Assembly (NCBI GenBank): GCA_037128705.1
Contig: JBAXVX010000007.1
Span: forward strand, 27,617-91,616
Direction of reading: 5' to 3'
DNA length: 64,000 bases
Origin: Bacteroidota bacterium
Lineage (GTDB): Bacteria > Bacteroidota > Bacteroidia > Bacteroidales > FEN-979
In this document: positions 28,361-38,082 of the stretch, piece after piece
How the letters are laid out: the number at the start of each line of letters is the position of its first letter
How positions within the stretch are numbered: the stretch's first letter is position 1
Program-made: the position numbers and the translations under genes
The notes under the pieces: model-generated
What the model was told of the DNA's origin: nothing
Databases searched by the model: none
The model's input: the letters and a program-made list of their open reading frames with translations, nothing else

Positions 28361-29371
28361 ATGATGAAAAAAATAACCTGGTTTTTGATGGCGGTAACGC
28401 TCTTTCTGGTCCATGGCTCTTTTGCACAAAAGGGGGGACAGGAATACAAGGTGATTAAAACCATCCCCGTGGATGGTAATGGAGGTTGGGATTATCTGAC
28501 TGTTGATAAACCAACCCAACGACTGTTTATTTCGCACGGAACATGTGTGGATGTGGTTGATCTGAAGACAGATAAGCTGGTCGGGCAGATACCGAACACA
28601 CCGGGTGTTCACGGAATTGCCATTGTCAACAGCCTGAACAAGGGCTTTATTACGGCAGGCCGTATTGATTCGGTCGTTGTATTTGACCTGAATACACTTC
28701 AGGTTCTCGACCGGGTCCCCACAGGCAGGAACCCTGATGCCATCCTGTATGATCCGTTCAGTAACCGCATCTTTACCTTTAACGGCAGGGGGAGCTCGGT
28801 CACGGCCATTGATGCAAAAACAAACCAGGTGGCGGGCACCCTGCCGGTATCAGGAAAACCTGAAGCTGCGGTGACCGATGGAAAGGGAAAGATATTCTGC
28901 AACATCGAGGATAAGTCGACGGTGGTGAAGTTCGATGCACTCACCCTGAAAATTGAGGCTGAATGGCCGCTTGACCCGGGAAAAGAACCCACGGGGCTCG
29001 GTTTTGATCCTAAAAACAACCGGCTGTTTTCTGCATGCAGTGACTCAAAGCATATGGTTGCGCTGGATGCCACCAGCGGAAAGATCGTTTCGATTGTGCC
29101 CATTGGCGAAGGTTGCGACGGGCTCCTCTTTATCGCGGGAGATAAAAGCATATTGACATCCAACGGAGAGGGAACGCTCACCATCATAAACCAGGGCGGA
29201 CCCGACGATTACAAAGTTGTGCAAACGCTGGCCACCCGGAAAAGTGCCCGTACCATCACCTATGATGAAACAACGAAAAGAATCTATCTGTCATCTGCAG
29301 AAGTAAGCATGGAAAATGGTAAACGGAGCATCACTCCCAGATCCTTTGAGATCCTTGTAGTCGGTAAATAG
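28361..29371 (+). CDS. Secreted YVTN/YncE-like beta-propeller protein
   Basis: 336 aa with a signal peptide and repeated ~40-aa blades of YncE/YVTN character. Confidence 0.65.
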   Translation: MMKKITWFLMAVTLFLVHGSFAQKGGQEYKVIKTIPVDGNGGWDYLTVDKPTQRLFISHGTCVDVVDLKTDKLVGQIPNTPGVHGIAIVNSLNKGFITAGRIDSVVVFDLNTLQVLDRVPTGRNPDAILYDPFSNRIFTFNGRGSSVTAIDAKTNQVAGTLPVSGKPEAAVTDGKGKIFCNIEDKSTVVKFDALTLKIEAEWPLDPGKEPTGLGFDPKNNRLFSACSDSKHMVALDATSGKIVSIVPIGEGCDGLLFIAGDKSILTSNGEGTLTIINQGGPDDYKVVQTLATRKSARTITYDETTKRIYLSSAEVSMENGKRSITPRSFEILVVGK

Positions 29372-29464
29372 TTCCCTGCCGGGAGATGGCTTCCGTGCAA
29401 CCTGGTTTTGACTTAACAGGGATGCATGGTCCGATGACGAAAAAATATCGTAAAATAAAGTTCA

Positions 29465-30517
29465 ATGATCGATTTAAGAAGTGACACAGTTACACGTCCG
29501 TCAAAGGAGATGCTCGAAGCCATGTTTGCCGCGCAGGTTGGCGATGATGTTTTTGGTGATGACCCGACGGTGAATGCCCTGGAGGCGAAGGCTGCGGAGA
29601 TGTTTGGCAGGGAAGCAGCCATCTTTTGCCCATCAGGCACCATGACCAACCAGATTGCCATCAACGTACATACCCGGCCGGGGGATGAGGTGATCTGCCA
29701 TAAATATGCTCACATCTATTATTACGAGGGCGGATCCATCATGCGCAATTCGGGGGCGTCGGTATGCCTGCTTGACGGACCCCGCGGGCAAATTACCGCG
29801 GAGGAGGTTGAAAGCCATATTAACCCCGATGATATTCACCGGCCGGTGACATCGCTGGTTGAAGTTGAAAATACCATGAACAAGGGAGGGGGAACCATAT
29901 ACAGGTATGATGACCTGGTATCGATCTCAGCTGTATGCCGGAAACACGGGCTCAGGCTTCATCTCGATGGAGCGCGTTTATTCCATGCCCTGGTGGAGAC
30001 CGGCGAAAAACCGGATGATTATGCCAGGCTGTTCGACTCGGTTTCAATCTGCCTGTCGAAAGGACTTGGAGCGCCCATAGGTTCTTTGCTGATAGGAGAC
30101 AAGCTGTTCATCAAGCGTGCACGCAGGGTAAGGAAGGCATTTGGAGGTGCCATGCGTCAGGCCGGGTACCTGGCTGCTGCCGGAATCTATGCCCTCGGCA
30201 ACAACATTGACCGGCTGAAGGTGGATAATGAAAGGGCCCGGTATCTTGGAAATATACTTGAAAAACTCTCCTTTGTTGAGTCGGTGATCCCGGTCGAATC
30301 AAACATTGTGATTTTCCGGCTGCGGAAAAAGGATGGTGCCAAAGAATTCCTGTCAGTGTTCAGGGATCATGACATCCATGCCCTGCCGATGGACCCGCAG
30401 ACCGTGCGTTTTGTAACCCATCTTGATTTTACCGATGCCATGCTGATGAAGGTGGAAACCGTGCTGAAAGCGCTCAAATTTACTTCCCCCGCATCCCATC
30501 CCATCCCTGGGCCATAA
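29465..30517 (+). CDS. ltaE: Low-specificity L-threonine aldolase
   Basis: 350 aa. IDLRSDTVTRPS N-terminal motif and PLP-fold character with a SxSKGLGAP lysine region. Confidence 0.88.
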   Translation: MIDLRSDTVTRPSKEMLEAMFAAQVGDDVFGDDPTVNALEAKAAEMFGREAAIFCPSGTMTNQIAINVHTRPGDEVICHKYAHIYYYEGGSIMRNSGASVCLLDGPRGQITAEEVESHINPDDIHRPVTSLVEVENTMNKGGGTIYRYDDLVSISAVCRKHGLRLHLDGARLFHALVETGEKPDDYARLFDSVSICLSKGLGAPIGSLLIGDKLFIKRARRVRKAFGGAMRQAGYLAAAGIYALGNNIDRLKVDNERARYLGNILEKLSFVESVIPVESNIVIFRLRKKDGAKEFLSVFRDHDIHALPMDPQTVRFVTHLDFTDAMLMKVETVLKALKFTSPASHPIPGP

Positions 30518-31550
30518 TCGGGATGGATTTCCCATCGGGAGTGATCATGTTTTTTCCCTCCGAGGCTGCAGTCATATGGCCGATGATGGAAATCCCGGTG
30601 ATATCTTTGACCTTTTCGTAATCCTCCTGTTTAACCGTGAAGAGCAGTTCATAATCCTCCCCGCCACTCAGGGCCGCAACACTCGGGATGATTTTATATT
30701 CCTTAGCGAGTTCCTTTGTGTATTCATCCATTGGAATTTTTCCCTCGAAAAGTTTACATCCAACGCCCGATTGTTTACAAAGATGGAGGATCTCGGAGGC
30801 CAGCCCGTCGGAAATGTCGATCATCGACGTTGGTTTTACCCCGATTCCCAGGAGCAGATTGCGAACATCGGTGCGGGCCTCGGGCCTTAATTGCCGCCCG
30901 ATCTGGTAGTCAAACCCCGTCAGTTCGGGCTGCATGTTGGGATCAGCCTGGAACACCGACTTCTCTCGTTCAAGGATGAGCAGCCCGATATAGGCACTTC
31001 CCAGGTCGCCGGTAACGCAGAGCAGGTCGCCCGATCTGGCGCCGCTCCGGTAGGTGACCTCCTCTTTTTTAGCCTCACCCAGGATGGAGACGGAGATCAT
31101 CAGTCCTTTGACATTCGAGCTGGTGTCGCCGCCAACCAGGTCGATCCTGTATTTTTCACAAGCCATCAGAACACCGGCGTAAAGTTCGTCGAGCGCCTCA
31201 GCTGAAAACCGGCTTGAAACAGCCAATGAAACGGTCATTTGCCTGGGAATACCGTTCATTGCGGCAATATCTGAGATGTTCACAACCGCAGCCTTGTAGC
31301 CAAGGTGTTTGAAGGGCATGTAGGTCAGGTCAAAATGAATTCCCTCCACCAGCAGGTCAGTGGAAAACAGGATGACTTTGTCCCCGGCATCAATCACGGC
31401 TGCATCGTCGCCAATCCCCATCAATGTTTCTGCATGATGGTATTTTACATCCTTTGTCAGCCGGTCAATCAGACCAAATTCACCCAGTTCGGCCAGGGAG
31501 GTTAACTTCGGTTTTTTCTCTGCCGGCTGCTTGTCTTTTTTCTCAAACAT
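30480..31550 (-). CDS. thiL: Thiamine-monophosphate kinase
   Basis: 356 aa. GEFGLIDRL.. and GIGDDAAV motifs of the AIR-synthase-related fold. Confidence 0.9.
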   Translation of the reverse strand: MFEKKDKQPAEKKPKLTSLAELGEFGLIDRLTKDVKYHHAETLMGIGDDAAVIDAGDKVILFSTDLLVEGIHFDLTYMPFKHLGYKAAVVNISDIAAMNGIPRQMTVSLAVSSRFSAEALDELYAGVLMACEKYRIDLVGGDTSSNVKGLMISVSILGEAKKEEVTYRSGARSGDLLCVTGDLGSAYIGLLILEREKSVFQADPNMQPELTGFDYQIGRQLRPEARTDVRNLLLGIGVKPTSMIDISDGLASEILHLCKQSGVGCKLFEGKIPMDEYTKELAKEYKIIPSVAALSGGEDYELLFTVKQEDYEKVKDITGISIIGHMTAASEGKNMITPDGKSIPIMAQGWDGMRGK

Positions 31551-31594
31551 GTGTTATTCTTCAGGGAAACAGTGAGTTCCCCGGTAATTCCAAC

Positions 31595-31696
31595 CTACTT
31601 CTTTGCTTTCTTCTCTTTCTTTTCCAGTCTTTTTTCTTTCAGTGATTTGGTTGGCTCTTTCTTAGCCTCTTTTTTTTGATCTTGTCCTTTTGACAT
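31595..31696 (-). CDS. Possible 33-aa lysine-rich micro-protein (MSKGQDQKKEAKKEPTKSLKEKRLEKKEKKAKK)
   Basis: Hand-translated ATG..TAG ORF, below the ORF-track cutoff, 40 nt downstream of the DUF3127 gene on the same strand. There is no independent support. Confidence 0.3.
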   Translation of the reverse strand: MSKGQDQKKEAKKEPTKSLKEKRLEKKEKKAKK

Positions 31697-31736
31697 GACG
31701 TTCAGTATTTAAGTTATTAAATAGGTTTACTGTATA

Positions 31737-32081
31737 TTAAAATGGCATTCCATCGCCCGAAGGCATTTCATCATAACCTGGAATCGGCTCCTGTTCCTGC
31801 GGAATCGATTGCCCTGCGCCTTTTTTGACAATTTTCCAGGCTTTGGCTTCCGTGTACCACCGGCTGTTGAATTCCCGGCTTTCCAGGTCAAAGGAAACCT
31901 CGGTATTTTCTCCCTCCGTAAGTTTAAACTGATCGATTTTATCACCCCAGAGCGAAAAACAAATTTTCCGGGGAACCTGAGCAGCAGTTTCCAGGATAAA
32001 TTCCTGTTTTTTCCAGGTCCCGTTCTTTCCAGCACCAGACTGAAGGGGCAAAAGTTTGATAATCGTTCCCGTTATATCCAT
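31737..32081 (-). CDS. DUF3127-family protein
   Basis: MDITGTIIKLLPLQSGAGKNGTWKKQEFILE is typical of DUF3127. The ORF-track start at 32090 is a TTG artefact, and ATG 32081 is the likely start. Confidence 0.75.
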   Translation of the reverse strand: MDITGTIIKLLPLQSGAGKNGTWKKQEFILETAAQVPRKICFSLWGDKIDQFKLTEGENTEVSFDLESREFNSRWYTEAKAWKIVKKGAGQSIPQEQEPIPGYDEMPSGDGMPF

Positions 32082-32190
32082 GATAATCAATTGTTTTTAA
32101 ATTGAGACCCAGAATGAATTCAAGAAAGCTAAATTAACACAATTCAATGAGATTTCTCAGCAGGGAAAAAATGGATATGAACATATTTGT

Positions 32191-34311
32191 TTATCCATAT
32201 TTTTTGACGATCCTCTTCAGATCTTCCTGTGATACCGGTTTGGCAAGAAAATCGTTGAAGCCTGCATCCTGCGCCTTGTATTTATCCTCATTCGAAGTAA
32301 ATGCTGTAAGCGCGATCACAGGCAACTCGGGGCGGAAAGATCGAATGATCTTGGTGGCCGTATATCCATCCATTACAGGCATTTTCAGATCCATGAGCAC
32401 CATGGAGATCTCCGGATGCTCTTTGCACCGATCTACGGCCTCTTTACCGTCGACGGCAAAGTAGGTCTTGGAGGAATATTCCTTCATGATGATTTCAAGA
32501 AAATAACTGCTGATGGACTCATCTTCAGCAATGAGGATGACGGGAGCTTTTGAAGCGGATGGTTCAGGAACATTGTCTGCCTGCTGGGTCAATTCCTCCG
32601 ATCGTACCTCATAAGGCAGTGAGAATTTAACAGTTGTACCGAGCCCTGTTTCTGATTCTATTCTGATATCCCCTCCAAGTATACGGACGAGTCCGACTGC
32701 GATCGTCAGCCCGAGTCCGCTGCCTTCGTAACTCCGCGTGGTTGTATGATCTCCCTGCATAAAGGGGATGAAGATCTTATCCAGTACATCACTGCTGATG
32801 CCAATCCCTGTGTCGGTTAAAAAAAAATCAATCTGGCCGGGCTGAACTGTATAACCAATCGTGATGGAGCCCTTCTTTGTGAACTTGAATGCATTGTCAA
32901 GCAGGGCATTAAAAACTTTTTGCAGGAACTCCTCGTCTGTTTGCAGCATGCTGACATGAGGAACTTCAGGGATCTTCAGGAACAGAGAGAGGTGATTTAT
33001 TATACAGAGCCGGTCGTACTTCTTCACCATTTTCTGAAGGAACTTCCCGATTTCCAGCTCCCTGATAATAGGCTTGTGAGATCCGGCCGCCAGCAACGAA
33101 ACATCTATATAATCGGTGATGGTCCGGAGTAACCTGTCGCTCGAAGTCTTAAGCAGGAAAACATACTCTTCCCTTTCAGACTGGGAGACATTTTCCTGGG
33201 AAAGCAAATTGCCAAACCCGATGATCCCATTAAGCGGAGTGCGCACTTCGTGGGAGATGTTATTCATGAAAGCAGTCTTGATCCGGTCACTGGCTTCAGC
33301 GTTTTCTTTTGCCTTGATCAACTCTTTCTCCATGATCGTACGTTCCGTGATGTCGGCATCAGATCCCCGGTATCCTGCCAGCACTCCGGCCTGGTCAAAA
33401 ACGGGGATCCCGTTGGTTGAAATCCAGACCTCTTTTCCTTCGGCGGTGGTGATCTTATTGATAAGATCATGAAAGTGCCCTTTTTTCTCGAAAACCTCCA
33501 GGGCTGCGAGTGTGATTGTTTTCTGTTCAACCACCGGGTAGAGGTCATAATAATGCATTTTCCCAACCATCTCCTCCGGCGTATAACCATAAACCGTCTT
33601 TGAAACGGGACTCACATAGGTATACAATCCTTTGCTGTCAACTTCCCAAACAACTTCCCGGTTGTGTTCTGTAAGCTGCCGCAACCGTTCTTCGCTGTTT
33701 TTCAAATTCAAGGTGATCTGTTCTTCGAGCTCCTTCACGGGTTTTTCGGTCCACGGATGATCAGGAATGCCACTGATCATCACCTGGTAACCGGGAGTGC
33801 CTTCTGCATCAGGCGCGGTGGAGATCTCCATCCCGACCCTGAAAGGATTCCCGTGATTGCGTTTAATCCTTATCGCATAATGCTTCGGTGCACTTGTTTC
33901 AAAACGGGTTTTAAAATGATGTTGAAGGATGCCCTGGTCTTCATGGACGATATAATCTGCGAATGGTTGTTTGATCAGGGATTCTTTTGAAACGCCGAAC
34001 ATGCTCGCAACAGAATGGTTGGCCTCTATGATGAAGCCTTTTTCATTCAGCAGCAGGTAACCCACAGGTCCAAAATCAAAAAAGTTAAAATACCGGTCGC
34101 GTGAAACCTCAATCTCCTTCACTGTTCGGCGGAGTTCATCATTTTGCATCGACATTTCAATCTGCGCTGTCAGGAGTTGATAATAAACCTGGCGGGCCTC
34201 CGTAATGGTATTAAAACCAGGCTCATTGATACCGGATTCGGTTATCTTTTTCTCTGGCTGACTGGAATTTGCAGCAGCTTTATCTCCAATTAGGATCTTC
34301 ATTATTGTCAT
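32191..34311 (-). CDS. Hybrid sensor histidine kinase / response regulator (PAS-PAS-HisKA-HATPase-REC)
   Basis: 706 aa. H-box SHEVRTPLNGI, G-boxes (GSGLGL), and a C-terminal receiver domain (ILIAEDE..MDLKMPVMDG). Confidence 0.9.
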   Translation of the reverse strand: MTIMKILIGDKAAANSSQPEKKITESGINEPGFNTITEARQVYYQLLTAQIEMSMQNDELRRTVKEIEVSRDRYFNFFDFGPVGYLLLNEKGFIIEANHSVASMFGVSKESLIKQPFADYIVHEDQGILQHHFKTRFETSAPKHYAIRIKRNHGNPFRVGMEISTAPDAEGTPGYQVMISGIPDHPWTEKPVKELEEQITLNLKNSEERLRQLTEHNREVVWEVDSKGLYTYVSPVSKTVYGYTPEEMVGKMHYYDLYPVVEQKTITLAALEVFEKKGHFHDLINKITTAEGKEVWISTNGIPVFDQAGVLAGYRGSDADITERTIMEKELIKAKENAEASDRIKTAFMNNISHEVRTPLNGIIGFGNLLSQENVSQSEREEYVFLLKTSSDRLLRTITDYIDVSLLAAGSHKPIIRELEIGKFLQKMVKKYDRLCIINHLSLFLKIPEVPHVSMLQTDEEFLQKVFNALLDNAFKFTKKGSITIGYTVQPGQIDFFLTDTGIGISSDVLDKIFIPFMQGDHTTTRSYEGSGLGLTIAVGLVRILGGDIRIESETGLGTTVKFSLPYEVRSEELTQQADNVPEPSASKAPVILIAEDESISSYFLEIIMKEYSSKTYFAVDGKEAVDRCKEHPEISMVLMDLKMPVMDGYTATKIIRSFRPELPVIALTAFTSNEDKYKAQDAGFNDFLAKPVSQEDLKRIVKKYG

Positions 34312-34334
34312 CTAATTTAGCTTAGGCGCCTTCT

Positions 34335-34697
34335 CTAAGTTAACTTTTCCAGGGTGTTTAATAAATCTGAGAAAGAGTATGGTTTTGAAAGGATGGCATC
34401 TGCTTTAAAGGCTTTTGCCATGGTAAGATATTCGTAAGCTGTTGCCCTTCCTCCTCCCGAAATGGCAATGATCTTGGACTGGATATTCCTTTGTTTAATG
34501 TCCAAAATGAGTTCAATCCCCTCTTTACGCGGCATAACAATGTCGGTAATGATAAAATCATACTGGTTTGATTCCAGGAAGGATTCTGCATCCACTCCGT
34601 CCATGGCTGTATCTACTTTGTAACCGGCACCCTCCAGAAGTTTCCTGGAAGCATCTCTAAAGGCCTTTTCATCATCGACAAACAGGATCTTTTTCAT
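34335..34697 (-). CDS. Single-domain response regulator (CheY-like receiver)
   Basis: 120 aa. MKKILFVDDE...ITDIVMPRKEGIE.. Confidence 0.9.
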   Translation of the reverse strand: MKKILFVDDEKAFRDASRKLLEGAGYKVDTAMDGVDAESFLESNQYDFIITDIVMPRKEGIELILDIKQRNIQSKIIAISGGGRATAYEYLTMAKAFKADAILSKPYSFSDLLNTLEKLT

Positions 34698-34700
34698 AGC

Positions 34701-37700
34701 TCAGATATTATTAATTATGTCAGAATTACTTGTAAATAATATATCAACCGATGTCCCTTTATTGGGCTCAGAATCAATCTTGATGGTTGCATTGTGTTTC
34801 TTTACGATGCCAAGCACGGTTGCTAATCCCAAACCTGTTCCTTCTCCAACACCTTTGGTGGTAAAAAAAGGATCAAATACCCGGTCGAGCACCTCCTTCT
34901 TCATCCCTATTCCATTGTCGGTGACCTGAAGCATGATATCATGTTTTGAACTCTTTTCAAGTGTTTTAATTCTTGTCAGGTTGACTGTAATTGTGCCTCT
35001 TCCGCTCATAGCATCAATGGCGTTGTTGAACAGGTTGAAGATGATCTGCTGAATCTGAACCGGATCGCATAATACCATACCGGTCGGTTCAATTTTCAAA
35101 ATTATTTCTACGGATGTAGGAAAGATTGGACGGGCAATGTGGATAATTTCCTTCACCAGGAAATCAAAGCTGTACGGCGCCATCTCATTGGGAGCCTGTC
35201 TGCTGAAGGAGAGAATGTTGTTGACCAGGCTTTTTCCCCTGGTGCAAGCCCTGATGATTTCCTTTATATTCGCAGAAACCTGGGTGTTGTCCTTTTCCTG
35301 GTATTCGATCAGCTCGGTATAAGCCTGTACAATTTGCAGAATGTTGTTGAAATCATGGGCAATGCCTCCCGCGAGCGTTCCGAGAGAGCGAAGCTTCTCC
35401 GACTGCTGAATCACCTGGTCATGCCTCAACTCCTGGGTGATGTCCCGGGTGATCGCAATAAAATTAGTGATATTGCCGTCGGAACTTCGCACCGGCGAAA
35501 TCACATCATCTTCGGTATATTCTGTGCCATCCTTCCTTTTATTGATGATCCGCCCTTTCCAGGTCTGACCCGACTGAATGGCTTGAGAAAGCTCAAGATA
35601 GAATTCATCGGTGTGTTTATAGGACCGCACGATTTTCGGAGTTTTTCCCAGCAGTTCCTCCAGGCTGTATCCGCATGTCAGCACATACTGCTGATTGACA
35701 TACAGGATTTTATGGTCAATATCGGTTATCATGATCCCGCTTGCAGAATGGTCGGCGGCCTGCCATAATATCTTCAGCTCCTGTTCTCCCTTTTTTCTTT
35801 CAGTCAGGTCGGTAAAGGATACTACAAAAAACATCAGGAATCCCTCCTTGTCAAAAATCGCTGAGGCATTGGCCAGTGCGGGAATCTTTTTACCGGAAAG
35901 GTGAATGATCATCACCTCCATGGAGGTGATATCAGAACGTCGTTTTATAAATTGTGAAAATTTATTGTAATTCGGCCCTTCGTGATCGACGAACTTATTT
36001 ATAAATTCGGAATTTGCCAGAGTTTGCTCAGAACAGCCGGTGATCCTGGAAATCATCCTGTTTGAATAGACGACCAATCCTTTTGAGGACAACAGCATGA
36101 TGGGGTAGTTGGCCTTATCGGCAATGGTTTTGAACTTCACTAATTCGTCATTCTGCTTTGCCAGCTTTCCCAGGGATTCATTCAGTGCTTTATAGCTGGC
36201 CTCAAGCTCCCCGGTTCTCTCTTTGATCAGAACTTCGAGATGATTCTTGTAATTTTCAATCGCCGATTCATTCTCTTTACGCTGAAGGGCATTGGTGATG
36301 GCGATCGATGCATTTCGCAGCAACAGTTCCGTATCGCTGTCCCATTGCTTGTATTCCATAACTGCATCAAATCCGACAAAGCCGGTCACTCCCAATTTAC
36401 TGATCAGCGGGACTACAATGATAGACTTGATATCCTGGGATTCCAGAAGTTCCTTCTCCACCGATGCTTCCGGCGGCATTTTTCTTACATCCTCAATATT
36501 GATTGACTGTTTCGCTGAAATTTTAGCCATCCACCAGGGTAAAATGGAAACCGGTATATTCTGCAGATTCTCTTTCTGGGGAATTATACCCTTTCTGCAC
36601 CATTCATGCGTGTTTGATGATTCGATTCCCAACGGATCCATTAAAAATATGTAGGCCCGGTCAACCCCGATAAACCCGCCTATTTTTTTTAGCAGCACTT
36701 CCAGTTGTTCGTCAATCTGAGGTAAAGGGATGTTAATCAGTCCTGTAGCAACCTCGTTGATGAGCTGCTCGAACGACTCACGAAAAAGCAATTTCTTCTC
36801 TGCCAGTTTTTTTTCTGTAATGTCAGCGTGGGTTCCTGCCATTCTCAAAGGACGATTCTCCTGGTCCCACTCCACAATTTTTCCACGGTCGAGGATCCAA
36901 ACCCAACTGCCATCTTTACTTTTCACCCGGTGTTCAGACTGATACCGGGATATTTTTCCTTTTAAATGATTTTCAATCTCAGAAAACACCTCCTGCTGAT
37001 CATCGGGATGGACGATTTCTTCCCAGAATTTCACATTGTGTTCGAACTCATCCAGCCTGTATCCTATCATTTCGGCCCACCGGGTACTGAATACTACCTC
37101 ACCCGTTTGTATATTCCAGTCCCAGAACCCGTCATTTGCCCCATCCAGAACCTGACTCAACTGTTTCTGGCTGGTTGCCAGGGCTACCTCATTCTTCTTC
37201 TTTTCAGTGATGTCTTCTGCAACCGTAAGCAGGTATTTATGGCTGTTCAATTCGAATATGATGGCATCAAATGAACAGAGGATCGTTTTATCCTTTCGTG
37301 AGAAATAAATTTCAAACTCCTCCCCTCTGACCGATTTCCCGTTTTTCAGATCATTGATCAGCTTGTCACGCAAACTTGGTTTAAACAGTTGAAGATCGAT
37401 CGAAGTCTTGCCAATAACCTCCTGACGTTCATATCCTGTTAAAAGTGTAAACTGTTCATTGATATCGAGATACTCCCCGGTTTCGTAATCACTGATGGCC
37501 TTCATCCGGGAGCTTAATTCAAACGATTTTTTAAATTTTTCTTCCGATTGAGACAACATCCGGTTGGAGTTGATCCACGCTGAAATATCTCTTGAAATGC
37601 CGAGAATATAGGTTTTGTCTTTCAATTTCAGGGTGGATACTTTCGTTTCGACGGGTACTGTATCTCCCGATTTTGCCAACAGGGGGATCGGACAAACCGA

Positions 37701-37955
37701 TTCGATCCCGGCAAGCATATTTTGCACAATGATGCCTGCCTGGTTGCGCTGGTCGACCGGGTGGACCTCCATAACATTCATTCCCGAAAACTCTTCAGCC
37801 GTATATCCAAGCTTCCTGATCACAGCATCATTGGCAAATACGATCATCCCCTTTTCATCAAGCAGAAACACGTAGTCATCGAAACTGTTTAGCGCCTTTA
37901 TGAGGACCTGATCGAGGGTCGAAGAAGTATGCATGAGGTTAAAGTTAGCAACCAA
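34701..37955 (-). CDS. Multi-PAS/GAF sensor histidine kinase
   Basis: ~1080 aa with several PAS/PAC repeats and a GAF-like region. H-box GGIAHDFNNILQ and a HATPase C-terminus. The ORF-track start is TTG, and ATG 37934 is a likelier start. Confidence 0.9.
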   Translation of the reverse strand: MVANFNLMHTSSTLDQVLIKALNSFDDYVFLLDEKGMIVFANDAVIRKLGYTAEEFSGMNVMEVHPVDQRNQAGIIVQNMLAGIESVCPIPLLAKSGDTVPVETKVSTLKLKDKTYILGISRDISAWINSNRMLSQSEEKFKKSFELSSRMKAISDYETGEYLDINEQFTLLTGYERQEVIGKTSIDLQLFKPSLRDKLINDLKNGKSVRGEEFEIYFSRKDKTILCSFDAIIFELNSHKYLLTVAEDITEKKKNEVALATSQKQLSQVLDGANDGFWDWNIQTGEVVFSTRWAEMIGYRLDEFEHNVKFWEEIVHPDDQQEVFSEIENHLKGKISRYQSEHRVKSKDGSWVWILDRGKIVEWDQENRPLRMAGTHADITEKKLAEKKLLFRESFEQLINEVATGLINIPLPQIDEQLEVLLKKIGGFIGVDRAYIFLMDPLGIESSNTHEWCRKGIIPQKENLQNIPVSILPWWMAKISAKQSINIEDVRKMPPEASVEKELLESQDIKSIIVVPLISKLGVTGFVGFDAVMEYKQWDSDTELLLRNASIAITNALQRKENESAIENYKNHLEVLIKERTGELEASYKALNESLGKLAKQNDELVKFKTIADKANYPIMLLSSKGLVVYSNRMISRITGCSEQTLANSEFINKFVDHEGPNYNKFSQFIKRRSDITSMEVMIIHLSGKKIPALANASAIFDKEGFLMFFVVSFTDLTERKKGEQELKILWQAADHSASGIMITDIDHKILYVNQQYVLTCGYSLEELLGKTPKIVRSYKHTDEFYLELSQAIQSGQTWKGRIINKRKDGTEYTEDDVISPVRSSDGNITNFIAITRDITQELRHDQVIQQSEKLRSLGTLAGGIAHDFNNILQIVQAYTELIEYQEKDNTQVSANIKEIIRACTRGKSLVNNILSFSRQAPNEMAPYSFDFLVKEIIHIARPIFPTSVEIILKIEPTGMVLCDPVQIQQIIFNLFNNAIDAMSGRGTITVNLTRIKTLEKSSKHDIMLQVTDNGIGMKKEVLDRVFDPFFTTKGVGEGTGLGLATVLGIVKKHNATIKIDSEPNKGTSVDILFTSNSDIINNI

Positions 37956-38040
37956 TCATATCCAATAAACATGCCGTGTTTGTAAATGCATGATAATCAT
38001 TTACATGCAAAAAGAACAAATCAGAATGCCATGGATTTAC

Positions 38041-38077
38041 ATTACGGAATCGGAAGATTGCCTTCCGATTCCGTAAT
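38041..38077 (-). other. Perfect 16-bp stem / 5-nt loop hairpin (ATTACGGAATCGGAAG attgc CTTCCGATTCCGTAAT)
   Basis: Verified base by base. It begins 6 nt downstream of the EBP stop codon. Neither strand has a U-tract. Confidence 0.9.
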
Positions 38078-38082
38078 GTCTG

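Noticed and set aside
38014-38031. Sigma-54 promoter-like sequence on the minus strand (TGGCATTCTGATTTGTTC) upstream of the PAS kinase
   Set aside because: The -12 element is TTTGT rather than TTGC at the required GG-N10-GC spacing, so this is not a convincing match.
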